Counted from the first letter of the stretch, positions 20,359 to 29,588 are shown. The stretch is 63,301 nucleotides of DNA from a virus (IMGVR_UViG_3300030372_003811:1-63301); one strand, 5' to 3'. Notes: generated from the letters alone by a model not told the origin. Made by a program: numbers and translations.

Positions 20359-20381
20359 AAGGGGATCGCAAGATCCCCTTT
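20359..20381 (+). terminator. GNRA-loop hairpin, likely terminator
   Basis: AAGGGGATC-GCAA-GATCCCCTT. Confidence 0.65.
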
Positions 20382-20389
20382 ACAAAGAA

Positions 20390-21928
20390 TTGAGAATGAA
20401 ATATATGGATAAATTCAAACAAATTTTTAGCGGATTACAATTAGCTTATGGACAATACCAACCCAGTGGCAGAGGTGAAAACGGAAAACAAAAAGGAAAA
20501 GCCTTTATTGTTCGTAAAACCGTTACAGACGATTTATGGATCAATCACCTCAAAGGCGAAGGAGCTGCTCTGGGGATCATCCCTATTACAGAAGACAATA
20601 GTTGTAGGTGGGGGTGCATTGATATTGACGAATATAATTTTGACCATCTTGGCCTCATTAAAAGTATTAGGAGTCTTAATCTCCCATTAATAGTCTGCCG
20701 ATCCAAATCTGGTGGAGCTCACGTTTTTTTATTTACTAAAGAAAATATCCCTGCATCTTTGATGCAATCTAAATTAAAAAAAATATCTAAAACTCTGGGC
20801 TATGAAGGTTCAGAAATTTTTCCAAAACAAACAGAAATTTTAGTGGAACGTGGGGACACTGGAAATTTTTTAAATTTACCCTACTACAATGAAATGAAAG
20901 GACTACGTTATGCTATTAACGATAATGGCGCCGGTTGTACACTTGAGGAATTTTATAAGCTCTATGATGTTCACTCGTGCGAACGCGAAGAAATTGAAAA
21001 AATTAAAACGGAAGAAAAGAAAATAGAGGAAGCTTTTCCTGGGGGTCCTCCTTGTTTAAACAAATTAGCCATAATTGGTTTTGGGGAGGGCTCAAGAAAT
21101 AATGCATTATTTAATATTGCTGTCTATTATAAACAAGCTAAACCAGATTCTTGGGAAGATGAATTAGTCAAAGCAAATCAAAAATATATGGAACCACCAT
21201 TAAGTAATAATGAGGTTCAACAATTAATTAAATCAGTAAGTCGTAAAGGTTATGATAAATATAGATGTAAAGACGCACCAATTAATGCAGTCTGTCAAGC
21301 TTCTTTATGTAGAACTAAACCTTTTGGGGTAGGTTTTGGAGAAGAACAAATGCCTCTTCTCGGAAACTTAACTAAATATACTTCTAATCCACCACAATGG
21401 TTTTTAGATGTGGGTGAATCGCGAATCGAATTAAAAACAGAACAACTGTATAGTTCTGCTTTGTTTGCGTTAGCATGTTTAGATCAAGCTAACTTAGTGG
21501 TACCAGTTCCAAAACCAAAAGATTGGAAAGAATTATTTTTAAAACCAATGATGACAAACTTACAACAAATCGAACCATTACAATCTTTAGATCCAATGAA
21601 TCAAATCATGGGCTTACTTCAAGACTGGACAACCAATAGACAATCAGCAAGAACAATGGATGATATATTTAATAAACTTCCATACACAGATGAGAAAAGA
21701 GAATTTACATATTTTAGAATGGAAGACTTCTATGCATTTTGCAAAAAGAATAATTGGGAAATGGATAAAACTAAAACAGGAAATTTAATTAAAAGATTAG
21801 AAGATACATTTGTTAAAGAAGATAGAATGAGAATTAAAGATCAGCAACCAAGAGTTATTAAAATTAAAACAATGAAAAAAATAGAAGCATCAATTTCTCA
21901 AGAACCATATCAACAGGAGGATTTCTAA
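20390..21928 (+). CDS. Primase-polymerase (AEP) with PriCT-like domain
   Basis: CIDID, RSKSGGAHVF, LNLPY, GSRNNALF. Confidence 0.85.
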   Translation: MRMKYMDKFKQIFSGLQLAYGQYQPSGRGENGKQKGKAFIVRKTVTDDLWINHLKGEGAALGIIPITEDNSCRWGCIDIDEYNFDHLGLIKSIRSLNLPLIVCRSKSGGAHVFLFTKENIPASLMQSKLKKISKTLGYEGSEIFPKQTEILVERGDTGNFLNLPYYNEMKGLRYAINDNGAGCTLEEFYKLYDVHSCEREEIEKIKTEEKKIEEAFPGGPPCLNKLAIIGFGEGSRNNALFNIAVYYKQAKPDSWEDELVKANQKYMEPPLSNNEVQQLIKSVSRKGYDKYRCKDAPINAVCQASLCRTKPFGVGFGEEQMPLLGNLTKYTSNPPQWFLDVGESRIELKTEQLYSSALFALACLDQANLVVPVPKPKDWKELFLKPMMTNLQQIEPLQSLDPMNQIMGLLQDWTTNRQSARTMDDIFNKLPYTDEKREFTYFRMEDFYAFCKKNNWEMDKTKTGNLIKRLEDTFVKEDRMRIKDQQPRVIKIKTMKKIEASISQEPYQQEDF

Positions 21929-22101
21929 TGAAAAATCCTTGGTCTGAAGAAGCTAGAAAGAGAGCAAGAAAAAAATGGAGACAAAGTCCAAAAGGTAAAG
22001 CATGGGACAAAGCATATAATCAAAGACCAGAAGTTAAAGCTAGACGAAAAGAACTTTATATTCAAAGATTAATTAAGGAGTGTGCTAATGAAATATTCTA
22101 A
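21928..22101 (+). CDS. Small basic protein, 57 aa (not in ORF track)
   Basis: MKNPWSEEARKRARKKWRQSPKGKA...; AGGAGG RBS. Confidence 0.65.
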   Translation: MKNPWSEEARKRARKKWRQSPKGKAWDKAYNQRPEVKARRKELYIQRLIKECANEIF

Positions 22102-22303
22102 AGATGTTGGTGTCAATTGGCATTTAAGATTTAGACAACACATAAAAGATTTAACAGACGAATTACAAGTAACTCAAATTCAGCTAGAGATAGCGGAAAG
22201 GAAATTAAAAAAATATGAAAACAATCATATTAGGTCCACCAGGAACAGGAAAAACAACAACGTTGTTAAACTTAGTGGACGAATTTATCAAAACAGGAAT
22301 TAG
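22088..22303 (+). CDS. Hypothetical coiled-coil protein
   Basis: ATG after AAGGAG. Confidence 0.6.
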   Translation: MKYSKDVGVNWHLRFRQHIKDLTDELQVTQIQLEIAERKLKKYENNHIRSTRNRKNNNVVKLSGRIYQNRN

Positions 22304-23723
22304 ACCCAAACAAATTGGTTATTTTTCTTTTACAAAGAAAGCTGCCACTGAAGCAGCCTCTAGAGCTGCAGATAAATTTGGTTTGGATATAGAAAATGAT
22401 CTAGCTTTTTTTAGAACTTTACATTCTTACGCTTTTAATCAATTAGGGATGACTAAAGAAAAGATGATGGGTTCTGATGATTATAAAGAGTTTGGAAAAA
22501 AATGTGGCATACCAATTAAGACTGCCAAATATTCAACAGAAGATGGTACATTTAATTCTGATAATGAATATCTTACAATTATTAATACTGCAGCAGTAAA
22601 GAGAATGGATCTCCTGGAGTATTATGATTCACGACAAAACATTTTAGACATAGAAAGAAATACTTTATTCTTATTAGCTGATGAACTTAAAAGATTTAAA
22701 AAAGAAAAAGGATTAAAAGACTTTAATGATTTAATTGAAGACTTTTTATTAAAAGAAACTTTAAATAAGTTTGAAGTTTTATTTATAGATGAGGCTCAAG
22801 ACTTATCATTACTTCAGTGGGATATGGTAAGAAAGATCTGGAGTAGAGCAGAAAAAACTTACATAGCTGGTGATGATGACCAGGCTATCTTTAAATGGGC
22901 CGGTGCAGATGTGGATCACTTTATTGCTTTAAAAGAAGAAGTAGACGATATTCAAACCTTAGATCAATCCTATCGTATACCTGGTGGACCTATCCATGAA
23001 CTATCGCAAAAGATTATTAATAAAGTACAGAACAGATTTCCTAAAAACTATAAACCGAGAGCTGAAGAAGGTATATTAAAAAGGTACTCAGACATTACGC
23101 AGGTTAATATGTCTGAGGGAAATTGGTTAGTATTATCTTCTGCACATCATTTTTTAGATGATGCTAAAGATTTATGTGAACTTCAGGGATGGTATTATCA
23201 ACATAGAGGAATTAATTCTATTCCTTTAAAATTATTATTAGCTATTAATAACTGGGAAGCATGGCGTAAAGGCGGAATGCTTAATCATTTAGAAATTAAA
23301 AATGTATATGAATATCTTGGAACAAATGTTTTAGAAGGGTTCAGGAAGGGCAAAACTTTGCATTCGGACGCGAAGTATACACTAAAAGACTGTGAAGATC
23401 AACATGGATTAATAATTTCTGATGTTTGGTTTAAATCTTTTGAAGGTTTAGATCCAATCACTGAAAACTACATTCGAAATATGAGGGCGAATGGAGAGCA
23501 GATAAATAAAAATCCTCGTATAATAATGTCAACAATACATGCCGCGAAAGGAGGTGAAGCAGATAAAGTTTTATTATTACAGGACTTAACTAATGCAGCG
23601 TTAGAAACTTTTAGTCATGATCCAGATGAATTACATAGGTTATTTTATACTGGTGCGACGAGAGCGAAGCGTGAATTGCACGTGTTAGATCCTAAAAATT
23701 TTGATCGAGCTTATATACTATGA
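22215..23723 (+). CDS. UvrD/Rep-family (SF1) helicase
   Basis: GPPGTGKT, IDEAQD, GDDDQAIF, STIHAAKGGE, YTGATRAK. Confidence 0.95.
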   Translation: MKTIILGPPGTGKTTTLLNLVDEFIKTGIRPKQIGYFSFTKKAATEAASRAADKFGLDIENDLAFFRTLHSYAFNQLGMTKEKMMGSDDYKEFGKKCGIPIKTAKYSTEDGTFNSDNEYLTIINTAAVKRMDLLEYYDSRQNILDIERNTLFLLADELKRFKKEKGLKDFNDLIEDFLLKETLNKFEVLFIDEAQDLSLLQWDMVRKIWSRAEKTYIAGDDDQAIFKWAGADVDHFIALKEEVDDIQTLDQSYRIPGGPIHELSQKIINKVQNRFPKNYKPRAEEGILKRYSDITQVNMSEGNWLVLSSAHHFLDDAKDLCELQGWYYQHRGINSIPLKLLLAINNWEAWRKGGMLNHLEIKNVYEYLGTNVLEGFRKGKTLHSDAKYTLKDCEDQHGLIISDVWFKSFEGLDPITENYIRNMRANGEQINKNPRIIMSTIHAAKGGEADKVLLLQDLTNAALETFSHDPDELHRLFYTGATRAKRELHVLDPKNFDRAYIL

Positions 23724-23959
23724 CAAATAAAGAAATGTTTAAAGGAATGACCTACGAATCACTAGACAAGCAGGTCGGAGGGAAACACTACCGGAATATG
23801 AAAATTCAACCGGCGGAGTTTATTAATGAAAATAAGTTGCTTTTTGCCGAGGGCAACGCTATAAAGTACATCTGTCGCCATGCGATAAAAGGAAAAGAGG
23901 AAGATGTGAAGAAGGCAATACACTATTTAGAAATGATTTTGGAAAGGGATTACTCGTGA
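23720..23959 (+). CDS. DUF3310 family protein (T7 gp1.7-like nucleotide kinase domain)
   Basis: QVGGKHY, GNAIKYICR, K..EDVKKAIHYL. Confidence 0.85.
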   Translation: MTNKEMFKGMTYESLDKQVGGKHYRNMKIQPAEFINENKLLFAEGNAIKYICRHAIKGKEEDVKKAIHYLEMILERDYS

Positions 23960-25818
23960 GAAGTACTCAGATTCCTTTGTTCACTCCGGATACTGAATGG
24001 GTAATGCCGGAAGAATTAAAAAATCTGAAAGGTGTAAAACAAATAGCCGTAGATTTAGAAACTAATGATCCTGATTTAAAAGAATTAGGATCAGGTAATG
24101 TCATAAAGAATGGACATATTGCTGGAGTAGCGATAGCTACTGAGGGATGGTCAGGTTATTATCCTATTCATCATGAATCTGGTGGTAACATGGATAAACA
24201 CTTAGTCTATGGGTGGCTTCAAGAAATTTTTAATCAAGTAGATACTACATTTATTTTTCATAATGCAATGTATGATGTCTGTTGGTTAAGATCCGAAGGA
24301 TTAATTATTAAAGGTAAGATAGTTGATACCATGATTGCGGCATCTTTAATTGATGAAAATAGATTAACCTATCAATTAAATCCTTTAGCAAGACATTATG
24401 TGGGTATTGGTAAGGATGAAAAGATATTAAATGATGCAGCTAAAGAATATGGATTAGATCCTAAAAAAGATATCTGGAGATTACCTGCAATGTTTGTAGG
24501 TCAGTATGCAGAACGTGATGCTGAAGCAACATTAAAACTTTGGCAAAGATTAGAACATGAAATGTATACCCAGGAACTGTGGGATATTTTTAATCTTGAA
24601 ATAAAATTATTTCCTTGTCTAGTTGATATGAGATTTAAAGGAGTAAGAGTAGATTTAGAGAAAGCAGCTCAAATAAAACAAAATTTAATTAAAAGAGAAA
24701 AGAAAATTCTGAGTGATATTAAAGCGTTAGTAGGTTTTCCTGTAGAAATTAGTGCGGCAAGATCAATTGCAAAAGCATTTGAAAAATTAAAACTTCCCTA
24801 TGATAGAACAGAAAAAAGTAATGAACCTAGTTTTACAAAAAACTTTTTACAGAATCATCCACATGAATTACCAAAAGCAATTGCGGAAGCAAGAGAATTA
24901 AATAAAGCTCATGGAACTTTTATAGATTCAATAACTAAACATGCACACAATGGTAGAATACACGCAGACATAAATCAAATTAGATCTGATCAAGGAGGAA
25001 CTGTAACAGGTAGATTCTCCATGAGTAATCCAAACCTACAGCAGATTCCCGCAAGACATCCTGAACTTGGTCCATTGATTAGATCTATCTTTATTCCAGA
25101 AGATAAATGCAAATGGGGATCATTTGACTACTCACAACAAGAGCCTAGAATTTTAGTACATTATGCAAAACTCCAGAATTTGGATGGAGTTGATGGAATT
25201 GTAGACGCATACAACGACGGAGACGCAGATTTCCACCAGGTCGTGGCCGACATGGCAGGCATAGAACGAAAGCAAGCTAAGACTATTAATTTAGGTCTGA
25301 TGTATGGAATGGGTAAAAATAAATTAATGTCTGAACTAGGATTAATGAAAGATTCAGCAGAGAAATTAATTAAACAATATCATGTGAAAGCTCCTTTTGT
25401 AAAACAATTGATGGACAATGTATCGCGTAAAGCAAATGACCGAGGTAAGATTAGAACCTTACTTGGACGTGCATGTCACTTTGATTTATGGCAGCCAGTT
25501 CAATTTGGAGTCTTTAAACCATTACCTTTAGAACAAGCTAGAAAAGAATATGATGAGCCTTTAAAGCGTGCATTTACGTACAAAGCCTTAAACAAACTAA
25601 TTCAAGGATCGGCTGCTGACATGACCAAAAAAAGTATGGTATCTTTATATGAAAATGGTATAATACCACATATACAAATTCATGATGAAGTCGACATATC
25701 TGTCGAATCCCATGCAAAGGCTGAGGAGATTATAGAGATTATGGAATCAGCAGTAGAGCTAAAGGTTCCTAATAAAGTTGATTATGAACATGGTGATAAC
25801 TGGGGAGAGATTAAGTAA
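23956..25818 (+). CDS. polA: DNA polymerase family A with 3'-5' exonuclease
   Basis: DLET, HNAMYD, DYSQQEPR, AKTINLGLMYG, QIHDE. Confidence 0.96.
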   Translation: MRSTQIPLFTPDTEWVMPEELKNLKGVKQIAVDLETNDPDLKELGSGNVIKNGHIAGVAIATEGWSGYYPIHHESGGNMDKHLVYGWLQEIFNQVDTTFIFHNAMYDVCWLRSEGLIIKGKIVDTMIAASLIDENRLTYQLNPLARHYVGIGKDEKILNDAAKEYGLDPKKDIWRLPAMFVGQYAERDAEATLKLWQRLEHEMYTQELWDIFNLEIKLFPCLVDMRFKGVRVDLEKAAQIKQNLIKREKKILSDIKALVGFPVEISAARSIAKAFEKLKLPYDRTEKSNEPSFTKNFLQNHPHELPKAIAEARELNKAHGTFIDSITKHAHNGRIHADINQIRSDQGGTVTGRFSMSNPNLQQIPARHPELGPLIRSIFIPEDKCKWGSFDYSQQEPRILVHYAKLQNLDGVDGIVDAYNDGDADFHQVVADMAGIERKQAKTINLGLMYGMGKNKLMSELGLMKDSAEKLIKQYHVKAPFVKQLMDNVSRKANDRGKIRTLLGRACHFDLWQPVQFGVFKPLPLEQARKEYDEPLKRAFTYKALNKLIQGSAADMTKKSMVSLYENGIIPHIQIHDEVDISVESHAKAEEIIEIMESAVELKVPNKVDYEHGDNWGEIK

Positions 25819-25833
25819 TGAAGAAGGACAAAT

Positions 25834-26007
25834 ATGAATTATTTAAAATCCTGGTACGAAAAGGCCTGCTCTTTTAAAGAATGTCTTGCTCAACGATTTT
25901 CTAAAAATCGTATGACTGAGCCTAAATGCTCCATCTGTAGACTAACTAAATTTAATTGTGGAATAGCTTTAGTAGCTATTATTATTATTATAACATTAAC
26001 ATTTTAA
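25834..26007 (+). CDS. Small Cys-rich membrane protein, 57 aa (not in ORF track)
   Basis: AAGGA RBS; C-terminal IALVAIIIIITLTF. Confidence 0.55.
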   Translation: MNYLKSWYEKACSFKECLAQRFSKNRMTEPKCSICRLTKFNCGIALVAIIIIITLTF

Positions 26008-26029
26008 GGAACAACTATGAGGATATTTA

Positions 26030-26167
26030 ATGAATACGAATCAGAAGTTGAGGATCCTATTGGAGAAGAAACAGCTCCGGAAATTGCACAAACGAAAAAA
26101 ATATTTTGTTGCATTATTATGGATGGGGTTGATTCTTCTGGCCTTATATGGGAGTCCAGTTAGATGA
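26030..26167 (+). CDS. Small membrane protein, 45 aa (not in ORF track)
   Basis: GAGGA RBS; basic stretch then FVALLWMGLILLALYG; ATGA overlap with the next gene. Confidence 0.55.
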   Translation: MNTNQKLRILLEKKQLRKLHKRKKYFVALLWMGLILLALYGSPVR

Positions 26168-26421
26168 TCGAAAAATTAATGACATTATTGGTTGGAATCT
26201 TATTAGCTCTGGCTGGTTGGAGTCTGACTCGTACGTTCGAGCTGTCTACTCAGCAAGCAGTAGTCTTAGATAAAGTAGATAAACTTGAAAGACATGTAGA
26301 AAAACTACAAGATAAGATGGAAATTATGTTGGATAAAGATGAAGAGATTATGCAACAGCATAAAGATTTATTTAAAGCTTTAGAATCAAATCAACCATCA
26401 ACAGGATATAATTATAACTAA
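26164..26421 (+). CDS. Membrane-anchored coiled-coil protein
   Basis: N-terminal TM helix followed by heptads. Confidence 0.65.
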   Translation: MIEKLMTLLVGILLALAGWSLTRTFELSTQQAVVLDKVDKLERHVEKLQDKMEIMLDKDEEIMQQHKDLFKALESNQPSTGYNYN

Positions 26422-26828
26422 TGACACTTAAAATTTCAGACGAAGCAAAAGTTCAAATGCCTATGAAGACGGTAGCCAGCCTGATCGCGCTGGTTGCGAT
26501 TGGTACCTGGGCTTACTTCGGTATCATTGAGACTCAAAATAGACACTCAACAAAACTAGAACTAATGGAAAAGGATCTTGTAGAGAACACAGCCTTTAGA
26601 ATAGGGTGGCCTCGGGGACTTTTAGGAAGTCTTCCCGCTGATTCTGAGCAGTTCATGTTAATCGAACATATGAGTGGGCAAGTAGAAAAAATTGAAACTG
26701 AAATGCAAAACATGATGTCAAATACGGTTAACATAGAACGTTTACAAAAAGATGTAGAAAAGATATTATCTGATATTGAAAAATTAAAAGACAAGCAAAG
26801 AACTTTTGCTAATGGAGGCCATCAATGA
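26421..26828 (+). CDS. Membrane-anchored coiled-coil protein
   Basis: TM helix, WPRG.LGSLPADSEQ, heptads. Confidence 0.7.
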   Translation: MTLKISDEAKVQMPMKTVASLIALVAIGTWAYFGIIETQNRHSTKLELMEKDLVENTAFRIGWPRGLLGSLPADSEQFMLIEHMSGQVEKIETEMQNMMSNTVNIERLQKDVEKILSDIEKLKDKQRTFANGGHQ

Positions 26829-27043
26829 TTATAGAAACTGTTTTTGCGCTGCTTCTTATTGCTGATAATAAAATTATAGAACATCGTTACCACGAGTCGT
26901 TATCAAAATGCCTTAAAGGAAAGCGTTATGCTATGAGGGACAAATCATCTACCGATAGAGTTGTCTATCAATGCGTTAAATCGAAGGCAAACATTGAGAT
27001 ATATATGGGAGAGAAGAAAATTCTTTCATTAATCCTTGAATAA
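26825..27043 (+). CDS. Hypothetical protein
   Basis: Coupled ORF. Confidence 0.65.
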   Translation: MIIETVFALLLIADNKIIEHRYHESLSKCLKGKRYAMRDKSSTDRVVYQCVKSKANIEIYMGEKKILSLILE

Positions 27044-27191
27044 AAAATCATACGCATTTTTTCTTAAGAAGAACAGGCCCAGACGAAGACAGAATCCTGT
27101 CGCACAAGCACTAAACTTCTTTACACCTCAGGTAATTCCAGATAAAAAGAAATACAAACGTAAAGATAAACATGTCAAAAGATATACATAA
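27036..27191 (+). CDS. Small basic protein with ArfA-like motif, 51 aa (not in ORF track)
   Basis: TTG start; NPVAQALNFFTPQVIPDKKKYKRKDKH. Confidence 0.5.
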   Translation: MNKKSYAFFLKKNRPRRRQNPVAQALNFFTPQVIPDKKKYKRKDKHVKRYT

Positions 27192-27387
27192 AATTTTTCA
27201 AACAGAAGTAGTATCAGGTAGATGTGATGCATGTCACATGCATACATTGTTGGTGGGAATTAATAATACATTTTTTAGGTGTACAAATTGTGGAGAAGAT
27301 CTTGAACAAAAAGTTAATGGCGTAATAAAATATGTCGTTTCTAAAGATTTAGATAGTAGACCTCCGCATGTCAAAGAAAAAGAATAG
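27172..27387 (+). CDS. Zinc-ribbon protein
   Basis: CDAC...CTNC. Confidence 0.7.
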   Translation: MSKDIHKIFQTEVVSGRCDACHMHTLLVGINNTFFRCTNCGEDLEQKVNGVIKYVVSKDLDSRPPHVKEKE

Positions 27388-27523
27388 TCTTTACGGAAAA
27401 GTAGAACACGAAACCCGTGCGAAGTTTAAAAAGACGTCGCAATCGAAGCGTCGACCGAAAAAATCTTCAATGAACAAAAATAAAAAACGTCATTTTAAGG
27501 CGTACAACAGACAAGGAAAATGA
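27368..27523 (+). CDS. Small basic protein, 51 aa (not in ORF track)
   Basis: SSMNKNKKRHFKAYNRQGK*; ATGA overlap with the next gene. Confidence 0.6.
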   Translation: MSKKKNSLYGKVEHETRAKFKKTSQSKRRPKKSSMNKNKKRHFKAYNRQGK

Positions 27524-27789
27524 AAGTAGTAAGTTTAATATTATATATGTGTTCAACCGTAGCCAATACGTGTATGCCTCCGTATGTTTGGCCCACACAA
27601 TTTGGAAATTCATATGATTGTATGATGGCGGGATACGAAGAAGCCTTAAGAAAAACTCACGAAATTGGAGCAGAAGAAATAAATAAACATAAAATTTTTA
27701 TTAAATTTGATTGTATAGAATCTACGATAGTTATTCCTAAGAAAAAACCTCCAGAACAACCAAAACTTCAAACTTCATACCAAATATAG
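27520..27789 (+). CDS. Hypothetical Cys-containing protein
   Basis: Hydrophobic N-terminus and four Cys. Confidence 0.65.
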   Translation: MKVVSLILYMCSTVANTCMPPYVWPTQFGNSYDCMMAGYEEALRKTHEIGAEEINKHKIFIKFDCIESTIVIPKKKPPEQPKLQTSYQI

Positions 27790-27805
27790 GGGTGTTGCAA
27801 TAATA

Positions 27806-27868
27806 TCACACATAACTTGCCTGCCGTGAGTATGATACCCACGGCAAACAAAAGGTGTGAGAAGAGGT
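27806..27868 (-). ncRNA. Putative hairpin small RNA
   Basis: On the minus strand a 16-bp upper stem with three G-U pairs plus a 6-bp lower stem; own promoter immediately upstream. Confidence 0.65.
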
Positions 27869-27872
27869 CTAA

Positions 27873-27924
27873 ATAATATATTAAAAAAATAACCCTTGCA
27901 AGTATTGTTTTAATAGTATAGTTT
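27873..27924. promoter_or_regulatory. Divergent promoters sharing one palindromic -35 (TTGCAA, 27896-27901)
   Basis: Minus strand TTGCAA-17-TATTAT; plus strand TTGCAA-17-TAGTTT followed by CCCATA. Confidence 0.65.
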
Positions 27925-27967
27925 CCCATATATTAAGAATAAAAATAACAATGAAAGGTGTAAAAAC

Positions 27968-28147
27968 ATGGCTGATCCAGCAAAATTTAAGTCTGTCAGT
28001 GTGTCCATTACCACGTATAAAATATTAAATTTTTTACGGCAAGGTAAGATAACAGACGCAGATTTAACAATAAGTAAAGCAATTGAAAGTATAGCAAAAA
28101 AAGAGGCTAAAAAACATGGCTACAAAAACGGAAAAGCAGATAGCTAA
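27968..28147 (+). CDS. Putative ribbon-helix-helix transcription regulator, 59 aa (not in ORF track)
   Basis: AAAGGTG RBS; FKSVSVSITTYKILNFL...LTISKAIESIA has a strand-helix-helix pattern. Confidence 0.6.
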   Translation: MADPAKFKSVSVSITTYKILNFLRQGKITDADLTISKAIESIAKKEAKKHGYKNGKADS

Positions 28148-28298
28148 AATTATCTGTGATCAATGTAATGGTAACGGATTTACCAGAATCCCTTATTATT
28201 TAGCTAAAGAAGAAATCTGGGCGAATTGTGATAAGTGTGATTCACAAGGCGAAATAAAAATCAAAACTCCAGAAGATCTGAGAGAGAAGGGAATGTAA
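28116..28298 (+). CDS. DnaJ-type zinc-finger protein
   Basis: CDQCNGNG and CDKCDSQG. Confidence 0.75.
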   Translation: MATKTEKQIAKIICDQCNGNGFTRIPYYLAKEEIWANCDKCDSQGEIKIKTPEDLREKGM

Positions 28299-28660
28299 TG
28301 GCAATAGAAGTAGATAAACAATCACATAATCACCTTGAAAAAGGAGATTATAAACCTTTACCGGAAGAACTTTTTATTGAAGAAAGTTTAATAGATGGTC
28401 AAGGCTTATTCGCGGCTAAAGAAATAGCTGCTGAAACTGATTTAGGTATCACTCACTATGAAGTAGAGAAGGATGCAATGAGTCCAAAAATTTTAATTAG
28501 GACTCCATTGGGTGGCTTTATTAATCATAGCGATACACCAAATTGTGTGAGAGTAAAATCAAAACCTGATGGAAATATTTTTTCATGGACTTTAAAGACC
28601 ACTGATAAAATAGAAGCAGGTCAAGAATTGACTCTAAAATATAGCATGTACAGGCCGTAA
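28298..28660 (+). CDS. SET-domain protein (putative lysine methyltransferase)
   Basis: GQGLFA, FINHSDTPN, ELTLKY. Confidence 0.88.
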   Translation: MAIEVDKQSHNHLEKGDYKPLPEELFIEESLIDGQGLFAAKEIAAETDLGITHYEVEKDAMSPKILIRTPLGGFINHSDTPNCVRVKSKPDGNIFSWTLKTTDKIEAGQELTLKYSMYRP

Positions 28661-28665
28661 GTGTT

Positions 28666-29151
28666 GTGGGTGCAAATAAAAATAGCAAGAGGCAAGCATT
28701 TAAAGATTGGACCTATAGAAATACTAAGCGAGGTTTTATTGTGATGAAGATTAGTTCTGTTTTTAAACCGAGTAATCTTAAACTCAGGGAAGGAAGAAAT
28801 ACAAGGTGGGCTCCGAATTGTACTAAAGAAGATATCTATCAAAAATTAATGAATCATATTATCATTATGAAAGAAAGATATCCTGACACTGATGGCTACA
28901 TATGTCATTACTGTAAATCTCCTTGGACTTTTAAAACAAACTTTACTGAAAGAAAAACAAATAAAATAAGTAAAAGATCTAAGATGGATCCTAGTAAAGA
29001 TAAAAACTTTTCAATTGATAGATGGGATCCCACCATCACTTATGATATTGAGAACATAAGATTCTGTTGTCTTGGATGTAATAATAGAAAGTCAAGTTCT
29101 ACTCCTTTGGATTGGAAAAATTTTCAGGAAGCAAAAGATGACCTTGGATAA
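28666..29151 (+). CDS. HNH-like endonuclease
   Basis: CHYC, SIDRWD, NIRFCCLGCNNRK. Confidence 0.7.
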   Translation: MGANKNSKRQAFKDWTYRNTKRGFIVMKISSVFKPSNLKLREGRNTRWAPNCTKEDIYQKLMNHIIIMKERYPDTDGYICHYCKSPWTFKTNFTERKTNKISKRSKMDPSKDKNFSIDRWDPTITYDIENIRFCCLGCNNRKSSSTPLDWKNFQEAKDDLG

Positions 29152-29401
29152 GAATACAGATTATACTACCTTATTAGAAATGTGGCGTGAAGAAAAAAAG
29201 AAACGACAAGAAGCCGAAGGCGAGCTAAGTATTATTAAAGGAATAGGTAATAACTCTCCGGAAATAAAAGCATTAAAAGAAGAAATAGAAAAATTAAAAG
29301 CGGACCTCACACGATCAGAAGAGGACCGACAATATGATAACTTGGTTCATAAAAGAGAACTGGCAGATCTATTTAGGGGCAAGTATGACAAAGGAAAATA
29401 A
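29138..29401 (+). CDS. Coiled-coil hypothetical protein
   Basis: Start moved to the ATG at 29138. Confidence 0.6.
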   Translation: MTLDKNTDYTTLLEMWREEKKKRQEAEGELSIIKGIGNNSPEIKALKEEIEKLKADLTRSEEDRQYDNLVHKRELADLFRGKYDKGK

Positions 29402-29588
29402 ATCCCCAGGTACAAAATATGATGGAAAATCAAGGGTTTCCAACGATTTGTATAGAAAAAATTGGGATGAAATTTTTAAAAAAAAAGTAATGGAAGGTGA
29501 GGATCCCTTTATGAAAGAACAAAACGAATTAAAAGAATCTTATGAACAATCGTTAAGAAATAAAAAGGAAAGAGATGAAACTAATTAA
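29385..29588 (+). CDS. Hypothetical protein
   Basis: DGKSRVSNDLYRKNWDEIF; start moved to 29385. Confidence 0.6.
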   Translation: MTKENKSPGTKYDGKSRVSNDLYRKNWDEIFKKKVMEGEDPFMKEQNELKESYEQSLRNKKERDETN

